A stretch of 64,000 bases of DNA, taken from positions 132,739 to 196,738 of the forward strand of contig JBAZWO010000002.1 of NCBI GenBank assembly GCA_041660305.1. Direction: 5' to 3'. Shown here piece by piece: positions 32,794-42,768 of the stretch; position 1 is the stretch's first letter; the number at the start of each line of letters is the position of its first letter. The translations under genes were made by a program, and so were the position numbers. The notes under the pieces were generated by a model that ran no database searches, had not been told where the DNA came from, and was given only the letters and a program-made list of their open reading frames with translations. This DNA is from Patescibacteria group bacterium (GTDB lineage Bacteria; Patescibacteriota; Patescibacteriia; UBA9570).

Positions 32794-33369
32794 ATGCGTT
32801 CAGTAACACTTATTACTGGTAACGTACAAAAAGCTAAAGAAATTGCGCAGGCATTACTGCCTTACGGTATTAAATTAAAGCACCGCGCGCTTAATTTACC
32901 AGAATTACAAGCCGCTACCATTCAAGAAGTTATTGCAGAAAAAGTGGAGACTGCTTATCGTATGGTAAAACAGCCAGTATTAGTAGATGATACTGGAATT
33001 TTTTTTCATGGTTACAAAAATTTTCCTGGGGTCTTTTGTAGATTTGTGTACATGAGTTTGGGATTTGAAGGACTATTAAGATTAATAGAGCCTGGTCAAG
33101 CCGCTTATTTTTCTAGTTTTATTGCGTTTAAATCAAATAAAAATGAACCTGCCAGAATTTTTAACGGTAAATGTGTTGGAACATTAACCAAGCAAGTACA
33201 TGGTAAGATAAAACACAAAATGCCGTATGATAATATTTTTATTCCTAAAGGAGATACGCGTACATTTGCTGAAATGGGAGTAGCTAATAAACAGCAGTAC
33301 GATCATCGTTCCAAAGCAGTGCGTAAATTTGCTCGTTATTATTTAACTAACTACCAAGCTGAATTATGA
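32794..33369 (+). CDS. rdgB: non-canonical purine NTP pyrophosphatase (RdgB/HAM1 family)
   Basis: LITGNVQKAKE, L.ELQ, VLVDDTGIFF..FPGV, HRSKA. Confidence 0.75.
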   Translation: MRSVTLITGNVQKAKEIAQALLPYGIKLKHRALNLPELQAATIQEVIAEKVETAYRMVKQPVLVDDTGIFFHGYKNFPGVFCRFVYMSLGFEGLLRLIEPGQAAYFSSFIAFKSNKNEPARIFNGKCVGTLTKQVHGKIKHKMPYDNIFIPKGDTRTFAEMGVANKQQYDHRSKAVRKFARYYLTNYQAEL

Positions 33370-34097
33370 AATTTAAATTTTATCTATTCGGTGCATTATT
33401 ATTAAACGGTTTTTTCTTTAATTTTCAATTAGTCCAAGCAGCTAATTTAATTGAGTTGAGTAATGATGATATTGATAATGATAATGACGGTGTAATTGAT
33501 GAAGTGAACACGGTAACAGAAAACGGTTATCATTCATTATATGCTGAAACCGATCCAAAATCTGCTACATTATTTTCTGAAAGCATTAGCTCCGTTAAGG
33601 GCAGTAAAAATGGTAAAATTAAAGTAACGTTCAATGATGGAGCGGTTTATAAATATGCCGTGTTTGATAATAATACTGCTATTAAAACTATCGTTAAACA
33701 ACATAAAAAATCTGGTTATTTATTAACCATTAACTATAATGGACAAAAACTAAAACTAATCAATCCTTATACCGGAGTAACTGTAAAAACCATTACTTTA
33801 TCCGATCAACCATTTTCCAGTAACAGTTTAAAACAATTAAATTTGCAATCTAAACAAGATGATAATATTGAAGCGGTAATTACTTCTCAAGAAGATAGCT
33901 TAGTAAGAGTAATGTTATTAAAAATTAATCCCACTAAACCGAATATAACAATTACAGCAACGGTAACGTACATTAATGAATTAGTGGATGTAACCAATAC
34001 CGTTTTAAGTGATACTAGTGTGGTATTGCGTAATAGCACGGAACAAAATTTAAGAGAATATCGTGTTACTAGCGATTATCAATTACAGATCCGCTAG
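33366..34097 (+). CDS. secreted hypothetical protein
   Basis: Signal peptide ending VQAAN. One DxDxDG-type motif (DIDNDNDGVIDE). Otherwise beta-rich with no known motif. Confidence 0.45.
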   Translation: MKFKFYLFGALLLNGFFFNFQLVQAANLIELSNDDIDNDNDGVIDEVNTVTENGYHSLYAETDPKSATLFSESISSVKGSKNGKIKVTFNDGAVYKYAVFDNNTAIKTIVKQHKKSGYLLTINYNGQKLKLINPYTGVTVKTITLSDQPFSSNSLKQLNLQSKQDDNIEAVITSQEDSLVRVMLLKINPTKPNITITATVTYINELVDVTNTVLSDTSVVLRNSTEQNLREYRVTSDYQLQIR

Positions 34098-34118
34098 GCT
34101 TGTGCTATACTGTTAAGC

Positions 34119-35468
34119 ATGAAGTTAACTTTTTTAGGCGCCTGCAGAATGGTAACTGGTTCGTGTTATTTATTGGAGCACAACCAAGTTAAAATACTGA
34201 TTGATTGTGGCATGGTGCAAGGCGGCCGTTTTGCCGAAACGGCTAATTATGAACCATTTCCTTTTAATCCGGCCGAGATAGATTATTTATTAGTTACGCA
34301 TGCTCATATTGATCATTGTGGCCGAATTCCACGCTTAGTGCAACAAGGTTTTAAAGGAGAAATTATTAGTACGTATGCTACGTTGGATTTTGTGCAGTTA
34401 ATGGTGTTAGATAGTGCTCGGGTGATTCAAAGTGAGGCTAGAGTATTAGGCAAGGAGCCGTTATATACTGAAACAGATGTGATTAATATGACCAAGCTGT
34501 TTCGAGGCGTGCAGTATGAGCGTCCGATTACGCTTAATAATATTGCGTGTACGTTTTATGATGCTGGCCATGTGCTAGGCTCGTCTTTCATTGCTGTTAA
34601 TATAGCTGGTAAAACAATAGTCTTCTCTGGAGATTTAGGTAATCCACCGGTGCCATTATTAAAACCTACGCATCCATTAGTTGCGGCCGACATGTTAGTA
34701 ATGGAATCTACGTATGGTGGGAAAACGCACGAACCGGCTTACGAGCGCAAGTTATTATTATGTTCCGCTATTTACGAAACCATTACCATGAACGGGGTGT
34801 TATTAATTCCGGCATTTGCCTTAGAACGTACCCAAGAAATTTTATATGAACTTAATCAACTAGTAGAACGTCATGAAATACCAAATGTGCCGGTATATAT
34901 TGATAGTCCATTAGCCATTAAAGCCATTACGTTATATAGAAAATATGGCGAGTTATTTAATAATGAAACTAAATATTTAATTGCCTCTGGTGACGACGTA
35001 TTTAAATTTAAAGGCTTAACATTAACCGAAACTAAAGAAGAATCAAAACGCATTAATCAAGTTAGGCCACCTAAAATTATCATGGCTGGTTCTGGCATGA
35101 TGCAAGGCGGGCGCATTCGCTTTCATTTGCAGCGTTATTTGGCTAGTGCTAATAATCAAGTATTGATTGTTGGTTATCAGGTAGAAAATTCATTAGGCAA
35201 ACAATTATTAAATAAAGCCGATTCCGTAGTAATTGATGGCGAGACCGTGTCGGTTTGTGCTAAAATTAGAGCCATCGGCGCCTATTCAGCGCATGCCGAT
35301 GAACCAAAACTAATACACTGGCTGAAATCGGCACCAACCCTACCAAAACAGATATTCCTAACACATGGTGAGTTACCACAAGCGGAAAAATTACAAAGCC
35401 ATATTGCGCAACAATGTAATAACATTAACACAGTTATTCCAGAATATAGACAAAGTGTAGAATTTTGA
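34119..35468 (+). CDS. MBL-fold beta-CASP ribonuclease (CPSF/RNase J-related)
   Basis: HAHIDHCG metallo-beta-lactamase motif, DAGH, ESTYG, and a C-terminal AHAD..H beta-CASP-type motif. Confidence 0.8.
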   Translation: MKLTFLGACRMVTGSCYLLEHNQVKILIDCGMVQGGRFAETANYEPFPFNPAEIDYLLVTHAHIDHCGRIPRLVQQGFKGEIISTYATLDFVQLMVLDSARVIQSEARVLGKEPLYTETDVINMTKLFRGVQYERPITLNNIACTFYDAGHVLGSSFIAVNIAGKTIVFSGDLGNPPVPLLKPTHPLVAADMLVMESTYGGKTHEPAYERKLLLCSAIYETITMNGVLLIPAFALERTQEILYELNQLVERHEIPNVPVYIDSPLAIKAITLYRKYGELFNNETKYLIASGDDVFKFKGLTLTETKEESKRINQVRPPKIIMAGSGMMQGGRIRFHLQRYLASANNQVLIVGYQVENSLGKQLLNKADSVVIDGETVSVCAKIRAIGAYSAHADEPKLIHWLKSAPTLPKQIFLTHGELPQAEKLQSHIAQQCNNINTVIPEYRQSVEF

Positions 35469-35512
35469 TAGAATAGATATACGATCTTATATAATTATTA
35501 ATCTTATTTTTT

Positions 35513-35848
35513 ATGAAAACACTTACTAAAGTAGGGGTGGGCGTAGGCACAGCACTAGGGGCTGTATTAGCGGCTGGAATAGCTACGCATTATTTTACAA
35601 AAACACCTTCAGGAAAAGTGGCGGCTAAAAAAGTAAAAAAACTAGCTACCGATTTAAGCAAAGATTTAACGCAGCGCATTACTACAGCGAAAAAAGTTAG
35701 CAAACAACACTATCATGCAGCGGTTGAAGATTTAGTGGATAAATATACCGAAAAGAAAAAGGTGGCTAAAGTGGCCGGTAAACAATTAAAACAAGATTTA
35801 AAAAAGAGTTGGAAGGTAGTACAAAGTGAATTGAAGAAAAATAAATAA
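35513..35848 (+). CDS. small Lys-rich membrane-anchored protein (YtxH-like)
   Basis: Gly/Ala-rich N-terminal helix followed by an amphipathic K-rich region. Confidence 0.35.
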   Translation: MKTLTKVGVGVGTALGAVLAAGIATHYFTKTPSGKVAAKKVKKLATDLSKDLTQRITTAKKVSKQHYHAAVEDLVDKYTEKKKVAKVAGKQLKQDLKKSWKVVQSELKKNK

Positions 35849-36225
35849 TGTTAACTAGTGTTACCGGCAAGGTAGTAAAAAGAAGTGGTCGCGGTAAACA
35901 ATTAGGTTTTCCTACAGTTAATTTAGAGGTTCCGACTACGTTTACGTTAGCGTTTGGTAGCTACGCTGGTTATGTACAGGTACAGAACCAGCGTTATTTA
36001 GCGGCCATTTATTATGGTACTACTTCGTGGCCATCATCTAAACCACAATTAGAAGCGCATTTATTAGATTTTTCTGGTGATTTATTTAATCAAGCAGTAA
36101 CTGTTGAATGCGTACAATTTATCCGGCCGCATAAAAAAATAAAGCACCTTAAGGAATTAATTGATTGTATTAAACAAGATATAAAACAGGTGCGAACATG
36201 TTTACCGGTATTACTCAAACCATAA
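35848..36225 (+). CDS. riboflavin kinase domain protein (no FAD-synthetase domain)
   Basis: GKVVKRSGRGKQLGFPTVNL, EAHLLDFSGDLFNQ..FIR. This corresponds to the C-terminal half of a bifunctional RibF only. Confidence 0.75.
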   Translation: MLTSVTGKVVKRSGRGKQLGFPTVNLEVPTTFTLAFGSYAGYVQVQNQRYLAAIYYGTTSWPSSKPQLEAHLLDFSGDLFNQAVTVECVQFIRPHKKIKHLKELIDCIKQDIKQVRTCLPVLLKP

Positions 36226-36785
36226 GTAAAATTACAAAAATACAATATCAAGGAAAAATATTGTGCGTGTCTTTAAATAGACCAAAAATTGGTAAGTATA
36301 AACTAGGAGATAGTATTTTATTGAATGGGATTTGTTCAACAATTACCAATCTTACCAAGCAAACACTTACGGTAGAGTACATGCCGGAAACGTTACAACT
36401 TACCACGGTTGATAGTTGGCAAGCTCAACAGCCTATTAATGTAGAAGCACCATTAACATTACAAACTGGTTTAGCAGGTGGATTGGTTACTGGCCATGTT
36501 GATGGAGTGGGTGTGGTAAAACAATTTCAGCAACTAGCCGATAATGTTGAGCTAATAATTACTTATGCAAAATGTTACCAAGAATATGTTATGTTAAAAG
36601 GTGGTATTACCATAAACGGAGTTAATTTAACGATTAGTAACTGTTCAGCTAATTCTTTTTCTGTAAAACTGATACCGTATACATTAACACATACTACATT
36701 GAACACATTAAAAAAAGGTGATAAAGTAAATTTAGAATTTGATTATATTACAAAAAGTGTAGTTAATTATTTAAAGAAAAAATAA
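36198..36785 (+). CDS. ribE: riboflavin synthase alpha chain
   Basis: MFTGI start, duplicated lumazine-binding halves (NG.C.T, GH.DG, NG..LT). Collinear with E. coli riboflavin synthase. Confidence 0.85.
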   Translation: MFTGITQTISKITKIQYQGKILCVSLNRPKIGKYKLGDSILLNGICSTITNLTKQTLTVEYMPETLQLTTVDSWQAQQPINVEAPLTLQTGLAGGLVTGHVDGVGVVKQFQQLADNVELIITYAKCYQEYVMLKGGITINGVNLTISNCSANSFSVKLIPYTLTHTTLNTLKKGDKVNLEFDYITKSVVNYLKKK

Positions 36786-36800
36786 TTTAATTGATTATTT

Positions 36801-37256
36801 ATGTTTGAACAAGTATCGCCTAAACCAGTTGTTGTTGCTAGTAATCCTAAAGTATCACCAACACCAGCAATAAAAAAACCGAAAGTAAAATCAGACATAG
36901 TGAATTTATTGGAACGTGCTAAATTATCTGGCATACAAAAACTAGCTCTTATTTTAATTACTATAGTGGTAATTGTGCTTGTGCTAGGTATTGGTGTTTG
37001 GTTAAATAGTGGGAATAATACACTTAGTACAATTATTCCGGTGTCAAACAATAATAATTCTGTTAAACAAATCAACAATAATTCAACTAGTAATGACAGC
37101 GATAATGATGGCCTAACGGATTACGAAGAAATAAACATTTATCATACCAATCCGAATAATCGTGATACGGACGGCGACGGTTATGTAGATGGTTATGAAG
37201 AAGTGGATCGTGGTTTTAATCCTACTGGCGCTGGTAAATTAACGAATACACAATAA
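36801..37256 (+). CDS. membrane-anchored protein with thrombospondin-type-3-like Ca-binding repeats
   Basis: Central TM helix. DSDNDGLTDYEE and NRDTDGDGYVDGYEE. Confidence 0.5.
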   Translation: MFEQVSPKPVVVASNPKVSPTPAIKKPKVKSDIVNLLERAKLSGIQKLALILITIVVIVLVLGIGVWLNSGNNTLSTIIPVSNNNNSVKQINNNSTSNDSDNDGLTDYEEINIYHTNPNNRDTDGDGYVDGYEEVDRGFNPTGAGKLTNTQ

Positions 37257-38509
37257 TGCGCCGCCTAGCATTGTTAGTAGTATTAGGTTGTTTATTAGCT
37301 AATCCAGTATTAGCTGGCGAACGAGTACAGATTAAAATTACTAAAGCCATTAGGGCGTCTGGTTACACATTAGAATTAAATCAATTAAAACTAGGCTTAC
37401 CAGCCGGCAGTATTAAAAAATCTGCGCGGGTTTGGTTGCGTGAAAAAAATCATGCAGTAACATTACCGGAATATTTAACTAGAGTATCACCGGATTTTGT
37501 TTTTAACATAAAAGCAAAGTTACCCCAGCCATTAAATAAAGCTCTTTGGATAACGTACTCATTAACTAATGTTCCAACACAACGCACTGGCTTTTATGTG
37601 TATGATTATGTTCAGCAAACCTGGGAACCACTAGCTACTACGTATCGCTTTGATACCAAAACATTAGAAGCGGTTATAAATAATAGTGCTGTAACGTTCG
37701 CTGTATTAACCGATACGCGGTTTTCATTTGGGCCAGTAGCCAAAACTAACTGGCAAGCCTTCGGTGATATTAATGCTGTTTCGGCTGTGGCATTAGATGA
37801 TGCGACTGGAAATATTTTGTATGAAAAAAATAGTAATTCTGTTCGTTCTATAGCTTCGCTAACCAAATTAATGACAGCATATGTAGTATTAAATAATAAT
37901 GTTGATTTGAATAAGATAGTTACTTATCATGATGATTACGATCGTATCGGCGGAATGTTATATGTACATGAAGGCGAAACTATGACACTGGAAAATTTAA
38001 TGAATGCCATGGTAGTAGGGTCAGCGAATAATGCCGCGATTGCTTTGGTAAATCAAGCTGGTTATAAAGAAGCTGATTTTATTGGTTTAATGAACGAACA
38101 AGCTAAAACATTAGGCTTGGCTAATACCAGTTTTGCTGATCCATCTGGTTTAGAAGTAAATAATTTATCTACAGCGTATGAATATGCGCAGTTTTTACGC
38201 ACAGCGTTAAACAATGAACAATTAACTAAATTCAGTACTACTGGTTATTACAGTTTTTCCACTATTAATACAGAACAGTTTCATGATTTTAATAATACTA
38301 ATCCGTTATTACGTACCAGTGCGTTAGATATTACCGGCAGTAAAACCGGTTATATCGATGAAGCCTTATATTGTTTGGCGCTCAAAGCTAAAGCGGGGGA
38401 TCACGAAGTGATTACTGTGGTACTAGGTGTGTCTAGTTCCAGTGTACGGTTCAGTGAATCAGAGCGTTTAATGCAGTGGGCACTGGATAATTACGAGTGG
38501 GCGGAATAA
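37256..38509 (+). CDS. D-alanyl-D-alanine carboxypeptidase (S11, PBP5-type) with N-terminal extra domain
   Basis: SxxK (SLTK), SxN (SANN) and KTG (SKTGY) motifs in the C-terminal two-thirds. Signal peptide present. Confidence 0.8.
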   Translation: MRRLALLVVLGCLLANPVLAGERVQIKITKAIRASGYTLELNQLKLGLPAGSIKKSARVWLREKNHAVTLPEYLTRVSPDFVFNIKAKLPQPLNKALWITYSLTNVPTQRTGFYVYDYVQQTWEPLATTYRFDTKTLEAVINNSAVTFAVLTDTRFSFGPVAKTNWQAFGDINAVSAVALDDATGNILYEKNSNSVRSIASLTKLMTAYVVLNNNVDLNKIVTYHDDYDRIGGMLYVHEGETMTLENLMNAMVVGSANNAAIALVNQAGYKEADFIGLMNEQAKTLGLANTSFADPSGLEVNNLSTAYEYAQFLRTALNNEQLTKFSTTGYYSFSTINTEQFHDFNNTNPLLRTSALDITGSKTGYIDEALYCLALKAKAGDHEVITVVLGVSSSSVRFSESERLMQWALDNYEWAE

Positions 38510-39060
38510 GTTTTTGTCATCTCACCAAAATACCGGTGTACCGATAAATTATTAGTTAATTCTGGATGAAAAGTGCCGGCTAAAATATTTTTCTCTCGCA
38601 CCAGTACTGGACTGTTGTTGTGTTTTAACAATATAGTTACGTTTTTGCCGGCATGTAATATTTTTGGCGCGCGGATAAACACAACCGGTATATTTTTAAA
38701 ATGATTTGCCGATAAATTTGTTTCAAACGAATCAAGCTGGCGGCCATAGGCGTTGCGTTGTACTGCAATGTCTATTAACTTTAAAGAATAGTCAGAATCT
38801 ACTTGTTTAGCTAATAAAATACAGCCGGCACAGGTGCCATAAACTGGAAAGCCGTTTTTAGCAGAATTTTTTATCCAGTTTGCCAAGCCGGTGTTTATTA
38901 ATAATTTACCTATTACAGTACTTTCACCGCCGGGCATAATTAAACCAGCTACTTGCTTAATATCATTTATCGTTCGAACTTCTTTTGTAGAGTAACCTAA
39001 CTTTTGCAGACTATAAACATGCTCAATAAAATCACCTTGCAAAGCTAACACGCCGATCAT
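38491..39060 (-). CDS. pdxT: pyridoxal 5'-phosphate synthase glutaminase subunit
   Basis: [15 protein letters not shown] catalytic Cys, FHPE. Confidence 0.9.
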   Translation of the reverse strand: MIGVLALQGDFIEHVYSLQKLGYSTKEVRTINDIKQVAGLIMPGGESTVIGKLLINTGLANWIKNSAKNGFPVYGTCAGCILLAKQVDSDYSLKLIDIAVQRNAYGRQLDSFETNLSANHFKNIPVVFIRAPKILHAGKNVTILLKHNNSPVLVREKNILAGTFHPELTNNLSVHRYFGEMTKTYSAHS

Positions 39061-39935
39061 CTCCCCGCCATTTTAACTGTTAACTTATCAATCTCAATTC
39101 CCGTCATTGGCTCGCCAATATTTTCAGATACTTTTGCCAGTATATCAGCATCACGAAAATTAGTAACAGCCTCTACAATAGCTTTAGCTCGCTTAGCCGG
39201 GTTATTCGATTTAAATATGCCACTGCCAACAAAAACACCGTCTACACCTAGTTGCATTACTAATGCGGCATCAGCTGGCGTAGCAATACCACCGGCCGCA
39301 AAATTTACTACCGGTAATCTACCTAATTTTTTTACTTGTTGTACTAATTCTACCGGTACACGCATTTCTTTGGCTATTTTTTTCAGTGCCGTCAAGTTTT
39401 TCAGCGTTTTCAGTGATTCTATTTCTTCATTAATAGCACGAATGTGGCGCACGGCTTCAATAATATTACCGGTACCAGCTTCGCCTTTAGAGCGAATCAT
39501 CGCCGCACCTTCGTTAAGGCGACGCAGGGCTTCGCCTAAATTACGCGCGCCGCACACAAACGGCACTTTGAATGCATTTTTGTTAATATGATTAAACGGA
39601 TCAGCTGGAGTCAACACTTCAGATTCGTCGATATAATCTATTTCCAACGCTTCTAAAATTTGCGCCTCTACAAAGTGGCCAATCCGCACTTTGGCCATTA
39701 CCGGAATAGTAACAGCTTTTTGAATGGCTTTAATTAATACCGGATCGCTCATGCGCGCCACGCCGCCTTGAGCACGAATATCAGCCGGCACGCGTTCTAA
39801 GGCCATTACCGCGCAGGCACCGGCTTGTTCAGCAATTTTGGCGTGTTCTGGTGTAACCACATCCATAATTACGCCGCCTTTAAGCATTTGCGCTAGGCCA
39901 GCTTTTAATTTGAAAGTGTTCTTGGTTTCTGTCAT
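39057..39935 (-). CDS. pdxS: pyridoxal 5'-phosphate synthase lyase subunit
   Basis: [44 protein letters not shown] 39935 (MTETKNTF) preferred over the 39974 ORF start. Confidence 0.9.
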   Translation of the reverse strand: MTETKNTFKLKAGLAQMLKGGVIMDVVTPEHAKIAEQAGACAVMALERVPADIRAQGGVARMSDPVLIKAIQKAVTIPVMAKVRIGHFVEAQILEALEIDYIDESEVLTPADPFNHINKNAFKVPFVCGARNLGEALRRLNEGAAMIRSKGEAGTGNIIEAVRHIRAINEEIESLKTLKNLTALKKIAKEMRVPVELVQQVKKLGRLPVVNFAAGGIATPADAALVMQLGVDGVFVGSGIFKSNNPAKRAKAIVEAVTNFRDADILAKVSENIGEPMTGIEIDKLTVKMAGR

Positions 39936-39944
39936 AGTTATGGC

Positions 39945-41036
39945 ATGAATATAGCACAGCCAAATAATCATCACAAGAGCGCGACTGTAGCCGTGGCATT
40001 AAGCGGCGGCGTAGATTCCGCCGTGGCGGCGGCGTTGTTACAACAACAAGGTTATCAAGTAACTGGTTTTTACATGAAGAATTGGACGGATATCGGTCAG
40101 GCCAATTATCGGGCAGAAGAAAATTGTCCGTGGATGCAAGATTATGCTGACGCGCAAGCAGTGTGTCAGCACTTAAATATACCTTGCGAAATTGTGCATT
40201 TTGAAAAAGAATATCGCGAACGCGTACTAGCTTATTTTTTGGAGGAATATAAGAATAACAGAACGCCAAATCCGGATGTGATGTGCAATACCGAAATTAA
40301 ATTTAAAGCTTTTTTAGAACACGCGCAAAAACTAGGTTTTCAATACATGGCTACTGGTCATTATGCCCGCACTAAAAATAATCAATTATTGCGCGGGGTT
40401 GATCCTAATAAAGATCAATCTTATTTTATTTATCATTTGAATCAAGAACAGTTAAAGCAAGTATTGTTTCCCATTGGCCATTTATTAAAACCAGCCGTAA
40501 GAAAACTAGCGCAAAATTTTAATTTGCCAGTAGCCAAAAAGCCCGATAGCCAAGGCTTGTGCTTTATTGGTGATATAAATTTTTCTAAATTTTTAGAACA
40601 GTACTTGCCGCATGAACCCGGCAATATGATGTTGTTAGATAATGACAAAAAGACTAAAATAGTTGGTGAACATAAAGGTTTAGCTTATTACACTATCGGC
40701 CAGCGTTATGGCATCAATATCGGCGGCACGGGGCCGTATTATGTAGTGGAAAAGCGAGTGGCGGATAATACGTTGGTAATTTGTCAGGGCAAAGATAATC
40801 CCGCTTTGTTTACTAAGCAGTTTTCTTTTACTAACGAGCACTGGGTAAGTGGAAAAAGGCCGGCAGAAACATTTAATTGCACCGTAAAAGTGCGCTATCG
40901 TTCGCCGGATACTGCTTGCACCGTAACTAAAGATAATATAGTTATGCTGGACAAACCAGAACGCGCTATCACACCGGGTCAGTTTGCCGTGTTTTATCAG
41001 GATGATGTTGTTCTGGGCGGGGGAGTGATTGTGTAG
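39945..41036 (+). CDS. mnmA: tRNA 2-thiouridine(34) synthase
   Basis: PP-loop [28 protein letters not shown]-like DQSYFI. Confidence 0.9.
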   Translation: MNIAQPNNHHKSATVAVALSGGVDSAVAAALLQQQGYQVTGFYMKNWTDIGQANYRAEENCPWMQDYADAQAVCQHLNIPCEIVHFEKEYRERVLAYFLEEYKNNRTPNPDVMCNTEIKFKAFLEHAQKLGFQYMATGHYARTKNNQLLRGVDPNKDQSYFIYHLNQEQLKQVLFPIGHLLKPAVRKLAQNFNLPVAKKPDSQGLCFIGDINFSKFLEQYLPHEPGNMMLLDNDKKTKIVGEHKGLAYYTIGQRYGINIGGTGPYYVVEKRVADNTLVICQGKDNPALFTKQFSFTNEHWVSGKRPAETFNCTVKVRYRSPDTACTVTKDNIVMLDKPERAITPGQFAVFYQDDVVLGGGVIV

Positions 41037-41096
41037 ACTAATAATTTTAAGTATAATTACGGATGTTATTAATTTAAATCAAGTTTATCATAAACT

Positions 41097-42146
41097 ATGA
41101 AAAAACTACTTTTTTTTGCCCCAGTTATCGCCACTGTATTTCTATTGACGGGTTGTGCTAATCAACAAGCTCCGAGCCAGCCACAGGCAGTTCAGAATGT
41201 AGAAGCTAATACGGCTGACCACTATCTTGGAAGCGACTATAAAGGAAATTATGTTTGGGGTGGGGCTATGAATCTGGCCTGGAATGAATTAAATGAAAAT
41301 ATTTTGCATGAAAAGTTAAAACTTAATACAGATGATAGAATTGTCTTGGAAATGGCAGAAGAGTTGAATAACCCAATATTTACTAAAAATGACTTGGACG
41401 ATAAAAGCTATTATATAAAAAGCGGTTACGGACAAACAACGGTTGATACTATTAACAAAGAATCCAGGGAGAAATTTCCTAACAAAAGTTTCAGTGATTT
41501 AGAAATGGAATTATTACCAACTTATATTATTTCATACGCTTACTTTTTGAAAGAAGTGGAATATACAACTGTATTTGAGAAAAAAGATATTTCTTTCAAC
41601 GGACAAAAAGTAAAAGGATTTTATGCTAAAGAAGAAAGCCAAAAAGATAATGTGAAGATAATTCAATATGAAAGTGATGATAAATTTATTGTTAGTTTGC
41701 AACTCAAGGATGAAAGTGATCGGCTAATTTTAGCCAAGGGATATGATATGACTAATCCGCAAATTGTTGTGAATGAAATAAATCAAAACAACAAAGGTGA
41801 TCTGGCCACTATCGGAGAATCTGATCGTTTTGAAGCTCCGAAATTGCATCTTGATCACCACAGAGATTATGTGGAATTAATTGGAAAGTATTTAGCCAAC
41901 AAAGGATTTGAAAAATATTTTATCGCTCAAATGTTTGAAAACATTAAATTTAATATGGATGAAAAAGGAGCTAAGGTAGAAAATGAAGCTGTTATTGCAC
42001 TTAACGACGTTTTGATGATGGAACCTGAAAAACCAAAGAATTTAATTTTAAATAAACCTTATTGGGTGATTATGCAAAGAGAAAATTCTTCAAATCCATA
42101 CTTTATTTTAGGAGTGAACAATACAGAATTAATGGATAAAATTTAA
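41097..42146 (+). CDS. lipoprotein, remotely serpin-like
   Basis: Lipobox LLTGC. The C-terminal pattern IKFNMDEKGAKVENEAVI..LILNKPYWVIMQ..PYFILGVNN parallels the serpin hinge/strand region. The similarity is weak and judged by eye. Confidence 0.35.
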   Translation: MKKLLFFAPVIATVFLLTGCANQQAPSQPQAVQNVEANTADHYLGSDYKGNYVWGGAMNLAWNELNENILHEKLKLNTDDRIVLEMAEELNNPIFTKNDLDDKSYYIKSGYGQTTVDTINKESREKFPNKSFSDLEMELLPTYIISYAYFLKEVEYTTVFEKKDISFNGQKVKGFYAKEESQKDNVKIIQYESDDKFIVSLQLKDESDRLILAKGYDMTNPQIVVNEINQNNKGDLATIGESDRFEAPKLHLDHHRDYVELIGKYLANKGFEKYFIAQMFENIKFNMDEKGAKVENEAVIALNDVLMMEPEKPKNLILNKPYWVIMQRENSSNPYFILGVNNTELMDKI

Positions 42147-42209
42147 AAATAGTATCAAAGCACAACTGTCTACACACAGACATTGAGTGAAAACTTTTAA
42201 CTCACAAAC

Positions 42210-42620
42210 ATGAAACCAATTTCAATTAGAATTATAAATGGATTATTAATATTTCGATGTATAGTAATTCTTACAACCCTTAGTGTTACTGGATATGTAA
42301 TTTATAGCTCACCCGAACCAGGTGTATTGACTGGTATTGCAGATGGGACGATAGAAGCAGTGGGAATTGAAACGCCTATTATAAATGCTAATAAGAGTTT
42401 TGGCATGGTAATAGGATACTCTCTTCCAACAATAATGATCCTATTGCTAGAGCTATCATATGTAAAAAATCGAAAAACAAAAGGATTTTTAATTGTTATG
42501 GGAATTGATGTATTAATAGCTATTGCCTTAAGAAACTTGCCTTTGTTAGCGATAATTATCTTGCTACTTGGTTTAACGAAAAAATCAAAGATCTACTTCA
42601 AAAATAAGCACAGAAATTAA
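42210..42620 (+). CDS. small polytopic membrane protein
   Basis: 136 aa with 4 hydrophobic segments. Confidence 0.45.
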   Translation: MKPISIRIINGLLIFRCIVILTTLSVTGYVIYSSPEPGVLTGIADGTIEAVGIETPIINANKSFGMVIGYSLPTIMILLLELSYVKNRKTKGFLIVMGIDVLIAIALRNLPLLAIIILLLGLTKKSKIYFKNKHRN

Positions 42621-42768
42621 TTTGAGACTATTTTTAATTTTTTAAAATACAAAATAATATCTGGCTTCGAAATGAACTTATGGATACGGTACACACATCA
42701 TCTTCATCAAAGCCAACTGACGCTGAATTAATTAATGCTATAAAAAAAATTTTATAATCAGCAAACTT

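Noticed and set aside
42680-42757. 25-codon ORF (MDTVHTSSSSKPTDAELINAIKKIL) in the 148-nt spacer.
   Set aside because: Too short, with no signals or recognisable homology. It is possibly a gene remnant.
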